Translations under genes and position numbers: made by a program
Shown: positions 28,498 to 36,100 of the stretch, one piece after another
Layout of the letters: every line of letters starts with the position of its first letter
How positions within the stretch are numbered: position 1 is the stretch's first letter
NCBI GenBank assembly: GCA_039025855.1
Contig: JBCCNL010000001.1
Coordinates: 106,988 to 170,987, forward strand
Source: Planctomycetota bacterium
Lineage (GTDB): Bacteria; Planctomycetota; Phycisphaerae; Phycisphaerales; Phycisphaeraceae
DNA length: 64,000 nucleotides
Direction of reading: 5' to 3'
Notes under the pieces: model-generated
The model's input: only the letters and a program-made list of their open reading frames with translations
What the model was told of the DNA's origin: nothing
The model's database searches: none

Positions 28498-29960
28498 GAG
28501 GGCACCGCCGACAACGCCTCGTCTGGCTGGGCGTGCCGGATCACTTTGCCCAACGCCGTGCGCGGCAGGTGTTCGCAGGCGAAGGTGCGCGGCACCTTCC
28601 ACGGCGCAAGGTGGTGCCGGCAGTGGCGTCGCAGTTCGGCCGCCGTCGGCGGGGCGTCGTCGTCGGTCGGCTCGATCACCGCGTTGAGCCGACTGATCGT
28701 GTGGTTCAGCCGCTCCTCACCGACGAGCGCTTCGCGGACGCCGGGGTGCAGCCGAAGGATGGCCTCGACCTCCATCGGGTTGACCTTGTTCGCACCGACA
28801 TCGATCAGCAGCTTCCGCCGTGCGACAAACCGGAAGTGCCCGTCGCGCCCGCGCACCCCCAGGTCGCCCGTCAGGAAACATCGCCGCCCCGCGATCTCAG
28901 TAAATGGAGGCTCGTGCTCGGCCTCGCCCAACGCGTCGATGTAGCCCGTCATCAGCGACGGGGCATCGACCGCGATCTCGCCCGTCATGCCGTCCGAGAC
29001 CGGCACCCGGCTGTCCGGATCCACGATGTGCATCGCCACCCCCGGCATCGGCCGCCCCAACCACCCGGCATCGTGCCCCGGCTCATGTGGGTCCGCCAAA
29101 CAGACCGAGCCCATCTCCGTCGCCCCGTAGTAGTTCGCCGCTTCAAGCCCGAGCTTGTCCCGGCAGGCATACCACAGCGGCTCGGGCAGCGTCGCACCCG
29201 CACAAAGCAGGCGACGCAGCGTCGGGAACGCCGGCTCACCCGGTTCGCCGCGGTGCATCTGCACGAGCATGTCGACCATGGCCGGGACCGCCGGCAGGAT
29301 CGTCGCACCGGTCTCATGGATCCGCTGCGCCAACCGGTCCGGCGTGAACGCGTTCTCCAGCTCGACACGCGACCCCGCCAACAGCGGCGCAAGCAGCCCC
29401 GCCTCCAGCCCATACGCATGGGTCAACGGCACCGCCGCAAACACGGTGTCGCCAGCCAGGTACCCCACCGACGTGCAGACCTGACACGCCACCGCGTCCA
29501 CCGCCGCCGCCTCCCGCCGCACCACCTTCGAACCGCCAGTCGTGCCCGATGACGGCAGCGCCAGCCAGCCGCGTAGTTCGACCGGTCCATCCGTCCGCTG
29601 CGTGTCCAACGAGGCCCCCTCCGCCACCGACTCCTCCACACGCACCGTCACCCCAACACCCGCCTGCTGCGCCACGCGCCGACGCTCCGCGTCCGGCAAG
29701 CGATCCGACATCGGCAACACCCCATACCCCAGATGCCACAACGCAAACAGGTGCACCACCATCCCCGGCGTCGAGCCGCCCACCAGCCCGACGGGCCGCG
29801 CCGCGTCCGGCCCGGGCAGCTCCGACGCCAACCGCTCCGCGCAGCCCAGCACCAGGCCCGGCAGCTCCCCGTAGCTCACCTCCACCTCACCCAGCCGCAG
29901 CAGAACCCCGGACGGCGACCGCTGCGCGTGCTGTTGAATCGCCTGACTGATCCCTTGCAT
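28494..29960 (-). CDS. AMP-dependent synthetase/ligase (aryl/acyl adenylating enzyme)
   Basis: Motifs LPSSGTTGGSKVV, NYYGATEMG, FLTGDLG, KLLIDVGANKVNPMEVE, PRTALGKVIR. I prefer the ATG at 29960 (MQGISQAIQQ). Confidence 0.85.
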   Translation of the reverse strand: MQGISQAIQQHAQRSPSGVLLRLGEVEVSYGELPGLVLGCAERLASELPGPDAARPVGLVGGSTPGMVVHLFALWHLGYGVLPMSDRLPDAERRRVAQQAGVGVTVRVEESVAEGASLDTQRTDGPVELRGWLALPSSGTTGGSKVVRREAAAVDAVACQVCTSVGYLAGDTVFAAVPLTHAYGLEAGLLAPLLAGSRVELENAFTPDRLAQRIHETGATILPAVPAMVDMLVQMHRGEPGEPAFPTLRRLLCAGATLPEPLWYACRDKLGLEAANYYGATEMGSVCLADPHEPGHDAGWLGRPMPGVAMHIVDPDSRVPVSDGMTGEIAVDAPSLMTGYIDALGEAEHEPPFTEIAGRRCFLTGDLGVRGRDGHFRFVARRKLLIDVGANKVNPMEVEAILRLHPGVREALVGEERLNHTISRLNAVIEPTDDDAPPTAAELRRHCRHHLAPWKVPRTFACEHLPRTALGKVIRHAQPDEALSAVPS

Positions 29961-30266
29961 AGCTCTACTGTTGAAGCGAACCGGAGGCCGCCCCCAGAAT
30001 ATGGCAGAGCAGCGTTTTCCGCCAAATCGCCATGGCCCACCCAGTACAGCACGCAAACGCCCCGCAACCCCCAGCAGGCCCCGCAAAGCCCCAGAAACGC
30101 CTGAATGACCCCTGTTCGTGTCAGACGTGCAACAGAGGGGTCTGCTAGATTGATCCGCGGCAGAGGGGGGGCCTCCCCCCAGCCGATTGACGGATGTTCA
30201 ACCCGTTCCGCGGGTTCTCAGGTCGATCACCGCGTCCCTGCCGCGCCCGCTCCGGAGAGGTGTCCC

Positions 30267-30917
30267 ATGGCCGACTTCATCACAGCCTGCACGCAGAGCC
30301 CCACCAACCTCGTGTTGTCCGTGCTCCTGGTGCTCATCATGCTGTACTGGATCGTCGTCATCATCGGGGCCGTCGGCATGGACAGCCTCGACTTCGATTT
30401 CGACTTCGACGGCGATGTCGACCTCGCCCTCGACGGCCACACCAGCCTCTTCGGCGCAGGCATCGGCCTCTCGTTCCTCCGGTTCTTCCACGTCGGCACC
30501 GTGCCGCTGCTCATCCTGGTCTCCGTCTTCGTCCTCATGATGTGGGCCATCGGCGTGATCAGCTACCCGCTCATTGGCAACTGGGGCATCCTCCTCCAAC
30601 TGCTCATGCTGGTCCCCTTCGCGATCGGCGCAATCCTCCTGACCAAAGTCCTCACGCTGCCGCTTCGTGTCTTCTTCGACAAGCTCAAAGCCCAGGAAGC
30701 CGCCGAGCAAAGCGTCAACCTCATCGGCCAACGCTGCGAAGTCGTCTCCCTCACCGCCACCCACCGGCACGGGCAGGTCAAGGTCGCCACCGACGGCTCC
30801 CCCCTGCTGCTTAACGTCGTAACCCCCGACGAATCGATCACCCTGAACAAGGGCGACGAAGCCGTATTGATCTCCCAGGACGCCGACTCAAGCGTCTTCA
30901 CCATCCAGGGGTTTTAA
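30267..30917 (+). CDS. YqiJ/NfeD-like membrane protein (TM helices, acidic loop, C-terminal OB-like domain)
   Basis: MADFITACTQSPTNLVLSVLLVLIMLYWIVVIIGAVGMDSLDFDFDFDGDVDLALDGH..., then three more TM helices. The C-terminus, LIGQRCEVVSLTATHRHGQVKVATDGSPLLLNVV, resembles an NfeD-type OB fold. The gene lies immediately upstream of a flotillin gene. The track start is 30105; I prefer the ATG at 30267. Confidence 0.6.
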   Translation: MADFITACTQSPTNLVLSVLLVLIMLYWIVVIIGAVGMDSLDFDFDFDGDVDLALDGHTSLFGAGIGLSFLRFFHVGTVPLLILVSVFVLMMWAIGVISYPLIGNWGILLQLLMLVPFAIGAILLTKVLTLPLRVFFDKLKAQEAAEQSVNLIGQRCEVVSLTATHRHGQVKVATDGSPLLLNVVTPDESITLNKGDEAVLISQDADSSVFTIQGF

Positions 30918-30941
30918 ACCCCCGCTCCGGAGCACACTGCC

Positions 30942-33059
30942 ATGCTGCAACTCCTACCAACCCTCGGCCTCGCCACGCAGACGATGTTCGTCCTCGTTGT
31001 GGCCGGCATCGTCGGCTTCATCCTCGTCGTCGCGATCGTCGCCACCGTCGCCAAGTTCTACGTCAAGGTCGAGCCCGGGACCGCACTGGTCCGCCGCGGC
31101 CAGGGCGGCGGCCAGGTGTCCTTCAACGGCAAGCTGGTCATCCCCATCGCCCACCGCGCCGACATCATGGACATCTCCGTCCGGCGTATCGAGATCTACC
31201 GGCACGGCTCAGAGGGCCTGATCTGTAAAGACAACGTCCGCGCCGACATCAAGGTCGCCTTCTTCGTCCGCGTCAACAACGTCGACAAAGACGTCCTCCA
31301 GGTCGCCGACTCCATCGGCGTCAAGCGTGCGTCCCAGCTCGACGCCCTCGTCGAGCTCTTCGACGCCAAGTTCTCCGAAGCCCTGAAAACCGTCGGTAAG
31401 AAGTTCGACTTCACCGAGCTCTACACCGAACGCGAACGCTTCAAAGACGCCATCCTCGAACACCTCGGCACCGACCTCAACGGCTACGTCCTAGACGACG
31501 CCGCGATCGACTACCTCGAACAGACCGAACTCGGCAAGCTCGACCCCAAGAACATCCTCGACGCCGAGGGCATCAAGAAGATCACCGACCTCACGGCACG
31601 CGAAGCGATCCTTGCCAACGACATCTCCCGCGAGAAAGAAAAGACGATCACCAAGCAGGACGTCGAGGCCCGCGAGGCGATCCTCGAGCTCGAGCGCCAG
31701 CAGGCCGAGGCCGAGGCCAAGCAGGCCCGCGAGATCGCCACCGTCCAGGCCCGCGAGCAGGCCGAGTCCCAGAAAGTCGAAGAGGAGGAGCGGTACAAGT
31801 CGGAGAAGGCCCGCATCGCAACCGAAGAAGAGCTCGGTATCGCCGAAGAAAACAAGCTGCGGCAGATCCTCGTCGCCCAGCGGGCCAAGGAACGCACCGA
31901 CGCGGTCGAGACCGAGCGTGTCCAGCGTGAGCAGGGCCTCGAGATGACCGAACGCGAGCGCGTCGTGGAACTGGCCCGGATCGAGAAGGAGACCGCCCTT
32001 GAGGTCGAACGCAAGAAGATCCAGGACGTCATCCGCGAACGCGTGGTGGTCGAGCGGGCGGTGGTCGAGGAAGAGCAGAAGATCAAGGACACCGAAGAGA
32101 TCATGACTGCCGAGCGGGCCAAGAGCGTGCAGGTCACCACGGCCACGGCACAGGCGGAAGAAGAGAAGATCAAGGAAGTGAAGAAGGCCGAGGCCGCGAA
32201 GCTGGCGAGCCAGTTCGAGGCCGACGAGATCCTGATCGAGGCCGAGGCCAAGCGGGCCGCGGCTGAGAAGGAAGCGCTGGCCAAGATGAAGCTGGCCGAG
32301 GCCCGTCAGGCCGAAGCCGCCGCGGACGGCCTCGCCGAGGCCGAGGTCATGGACGCCAAGGCCGGGGCCGTTGAGAAGTACGGCACCGCCGAGGCCGAGG
32401 TCGTCCAACGCAAGCTCGAAGCCGAGGCCAAGGGCGACTTCGCCAAGGCCGAGGCCATCAAGGCCAAGGGCAGCGCCGAGGCCGACGTCATGCAGGCCAA
32501 GTACGCCGCCGAGGCCGACGGTGTCGCCGGCAAGGCCGAGGCCATGAAGAAGCTCGACGGTGTCGGCAAAGAACACGAAGAGTTCAAGCTCAACCTCGAC
32601 AAACAGCTCCAGGTCGAGCTCAAGCAGATCGACATCCACAAGGACATCGCGGCCGAACAGGCCAAGGTGCTCGGCGAAGCGCTCAAGTCCGCCAACATCG
32701 ACATCGTCGGCGGCGAGTCCGAGTTCTTCGACACCATCATCCACGCGATCACCAAGGGCAAACAGGTCGACCGGCTCGTCGACAACTCCGACCACCTCGC
32801 CCGGCTGTCCGACTCGCTCCTGTCCAGCAACGGCGACGGCACCACCCTCGCCGACCGTATCGGCGACTTCGTCTCCCGCTCCGGTATCGACAGCGACGAC
32901 GTCAAGAACCTCTCGATCGCCGCGCTCATCGGCAAGATGATCGCCGACTCCAGCGACCAGGGCGTCGTCAACGAGCTCAAGAACCTGCTGAGCCTGTCCA
33001 AAGCCGCCGGGTATGCCGACCAGAAACTCGCCAGCCTCGGCGTCAAGGCCCGCGCCTGA
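30942..33059 (+). CDS. Flotillin-like SPFH/Band-7 protein (YqiK-like) with long Glu/Ala-rich coiled coil
   Basis: N-terminal TM helix, then an SPFH pattern: KFYVKVEPGTALVRRGQGGGQVSFNGKLVIPIAHRADIMDISVRRIEIYRHGSEGLICKDNVRADIKVAFFVRV. The EA-rich flotillin-type coiled coil spans about 31.6-32.55 kb. Confidence 0.85.
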   Translation: MLQLLPTLGLATQTMFVLVVAGIVGFILVVAIVATVAKFYVKVEPGTALVRRGQGGGQVSFNGKLVIPIAHRADIMDISVRRIEIYRHGSEGLICKDNVRADIKVAFFVRVNNVDKDVLQVADSIGVKRASQLDALVELFDAKFSEALKTVGKKFDFTELYTERERFKDAILEHLGTDLNGYVLDDAAIDYLEQTELGKLDPKNILDAEGIKKITDLTAREAILANDISREKEKTITKQDVEAREAILELERQQAEAEAKQAREIATVQAREQAESQKVEEEERYKSEKARIATEEELGIAEENKLRQILVAQRAKERTDAVETERVQREQGLEMTERERVVELARIEKETALEVERKKIQDVIRERVVVERAVVEEEQKIKDTEEIMTAERAKSVQVTTATAQAEEEKIKEVKKAEAAKLASQFEADEILIEAEAKRAAAEKEALAKMKLAEARQAEAAADGLAEAEVMDAKAGAVEKYGTAEAEVVQRKLEAEAKGDFAKAEAIKAKGSAEADVMQAKYAAEADGVAGKAEAMKKLDGVGKEHEEFKLNLDKQLQVELKQIDIHKDIAAEQAKVLGEALKSANIDIVGGESEFFDTIIHAITKGKQVDRLVDNSDHLARLSDSLLSSNGDGTTLADRIGDFVSRSGIDSDDVKNLSIAALIGKMIADSSDQGVVNELKNLLSLSKAAGYADQKLASLGVKARA

Positions 33060-33114
33060 CCCGGCCGTTCTTCACGCATCCGCTGAGCTGCACCCGCCGT
33101 GCCCAGAGTAATCG

Positions 33115-36100
33115 ATGGCTGAAACTCCAGAAGCCACATCCGAGGCCCTGCCGGAGGACCCCACCCCGTCCCAGGGTCCGAGCCACGACCAGATCGACCA
33201 GGGCGCCTACGAGGTCATCCGACGCCGGCTCGACACGCACGGCCGGGACCTCCGCACCCGCCTCGATCAGCTCAACGCCCGCCGCAAAGAAGTCTTCGGG
33301 TCCATCGACTTCAAGCTGATCGACAACGAGCGGATCACCACGGGCAACAACTGCGTCCCCCGCGACATCGCCGCCGTCGGCGACCGCTTCCTGATGGGCT
33401 TCAACGTCCACTTCGGGCTCAAATCCCACGTCGAGCTCGACGACGTCTTCGCGATCTACCGGTTCGACGGCAGCACCTTCCACGCCGACGACCTTTCGCT
33501 CCTCGATAACGAAGACTTCGCCAAGGACTTCACCGACCTGTTCCGTTTTTACAAGAACGCCAAGTTCGCCAAGTTCTTCCGCGAAGGCCCGCACGTCTAT
33601 ATGAAGTTCCACGTCGGGCGCGACGTCGATGACTTCAAGGCCTTCAAGTGGGCCATCGAGGGCGAGTCCCTCCGCTACATGGGCAACCGCTCCGACCACG
33701 AGGTCCGCTACCCCGAGCAACACGACTTCACCTGGACCCGCGCGACCCGCGAGATGCAGACCCAGGGCGCGTTCCCGCACTACTCGATCGAAGACATCGT
33801 CTTCGTCGAAGCGACAGGTGGCGACTTCACCATCAAGGTCGAAGACAACAGCAACACCGGCGAGGGCATCTACGTCGAGCCGGTCGAGAACGCCGACCAG
33901 TCCCTCGACGACGCCGAGATCCACTACTGCGTCGTCGGGCACATCGTCCTGCTCAAGGTTCGGCCCTATCAGGAACGCAACTTCCGGTACTACATCTTCA
34001 ACGCCAAGCTCCAGCAGGTGCACCGCGAAGACAGCCTCGGCGAGGCCTGCGTCCTCCTCCCCGAGAGCCACGGCCTAGTCTTCTCCCGCGGCTACTACCT
34101 CGCCTCCGGCAAATACCAACGCTTCCCCGGCATCCCCGACGACCTCATCTTCGAACGCAAGATCTCCGCGCCCAACGGCGAAGACTTCGCCTTCCTCTTC
34201 TATCACCGCCGGCAGGGCATCTACGTCATCCTCGCCTACAACCTGATCGACCAGTCGATCGACACCCCGCTGGTCACCAACGGCTACGCATTCTTCGGCG
34301 ACGGCCGCGTCGTGTTCTTCAAGACCCCCGAAGACGCCGAACCCCAGAAACACCACGCGATCCAGGTCTGGCAGACCCCCTTCGTCGGGCCCAACTACGT
34401 CGCGCCGCCCGGCGAGGAGTCCTACCTCTCGAAGATCGGCAACCGCGACATTGTGCGTGGCATGGCCGAGTGCGTTGAGGTCCTCGAACTGCTCTCCCGC
34501 GAAGACCTCTACTCCGACCTCTACGTCGATCTGGTCAAGACCACCTCCGACCTGCTCGACGCCTACTTCTGGCTCGACCACGACGAGTCAGCCAACCTCG
34601 CCGAGCCCCTGGGCGAGATCAAGACCGCCGCCGAAGCCGCGATCGGCGAGTACGAAAAGGTCACCCGGATCCGCCGAAACACCGAGCGGCAGATCGCTGC
34701 CGTGACCCGCGAGGCCGAAGACCTGGTCAACACCAACGCGACCCGGATCTACGACAACATCCTCGTCTACGTCGAAGCCCTCGCGTCGCTCCGAGAAGTC
34801 CGGGGCAAGACCATCGCGCTCAAGGAGCTGCGTTACGCCGACCTCAAGCACATCGACGAACTCGAAGAGCGGGTCAAGGACCAGACCGCGTCACTGTCGC
34901 AGCGCTGCGTGGACTTCCTGCTCGACGAGAAGTCGCTCACGCCCTACCAGGCCGCCGCCGAGGAGCACGACGCAAAGATCGACAGCCTGACCAAGGCGAC
35001 CGACGCGAAGGAGCTCGCCGAGCTGGTCCAGAAGAGCGCCGACGAGCTCGAGATGCTGATCGAGATCGTCGGCAACCTCCGCATCGAAGACACGACCCAC
35101 CGCACCGAGATCGTCGACAACATCTCAGCGATCTTCGGCCAGCTCAACGCCACCCGCACCCGCCTCCGCAACAAGCAGCAGGAGCTCGGCCGGGCCGAGG
35201 GCGTCTCCGAGTTCAACTCCCAGCTCAAGCTGCTGAACCAGTCTGTCGTCAACTACCTCGACCTGTCCGACGACCCGGAGAAGACCGAGCAGTACCTCAC
35301 GAAGGTGATGGTGCAGATCGAAGAGCTCGAGGGCCGGTTCGCCGAGTTCGACGAATTCGTGATCCAGCTCACCGAGAAGCGGGACGAGGTGTACACCGCG
35401 TTCGAGAACCGCAAGCTCCAGCTGGTCGAGAAGCGGAACAAGCGGGCCGACGCACTCGGCCAAGCGGCGGGCCGCATCCTCAGCAGCATCAAGTCCCGGG
35501 TCGACGGGATGGAGCAGATCAACGCGATCAACAGCTACTTCGCCAGCGACCTGATGATCGACAAGGTCCGCGACATCTGCGAACAGCTGGCCGAGCTCGA
35601 CGACACGGTCCGGGTCGACGACATCCAGTCCCGGCTCAAGGCGATCCGCGAGGACGCTGTCCGCCAGCTCAAGGACCGCCAGGACCTCCAGGCCGACGGC
35701 CGAAACACCATCCGCTTCGGGCGACACGTCTTCTCGGTCAACAACCAGGCCGTCGACCTCACCACGATCACCCGCGGCGGCGAGATGAAGCTGCACCTAA
35801 CCGGCACGCAGTTCTTCGAAGCCATCGAAGACCAGCAGCTGCTGGAAACACAAGACGTCTGGTCGCAGGAGGTCGTCTCGGAAGACACCACGGTCTACCG
35901 CGCCGAGTACCTCGCCTACCTCATGCACGAGCAGCTCACACGCGGCGAACCCGCCGAGCTGCAGGCCTTGCTAAAGGAGACCGACGACGACAGCGACCCG
36001 ATCCTCGACGCGGTGCGGTCCTTCATGGGGCCACGTTACAGCGAGGGCTACACCAAGGGCGTCCACGACGCCGACGCCGCCGTCCTCCTGCGGGCCCTGC

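Noticed and set aside
28494-28602. An apparent 109-bp overlap between the track ORFs for the putative lipoprotein and the AMP-ligase.
   Set aside because: This is an artefact of the longest-ORF rule. The GTG at 28497 gives a 4-nt GTGA junction and a sensible signal peptide, so there is no real long overlap.
30158-30182. A G7/C6 run (cagaGGGGGGGCCTCCCCCCag) in the divergent region between the ligase gene and the YqiJ-like gene. It could be a hairpin or a G-quadruplex-like element.
   Set aside because: It is a single short imperfect stem (G6 / 4-nt loop / C6) with no repeats of the unit. There are too few G-tracts for a quadruplex. No evidence points to a function.
31600-32550. Repetitive GAG/GCC/AAG-rich DNA in the flotillin gene, checked as a possible tandem repeat or CRISPR-like array.
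   Set aside because: It is in-frame low-complexity coding for the Glu/Ala/Lys coiled coil typical of flotillins. It has no fixed-period direct repeats or spacers.
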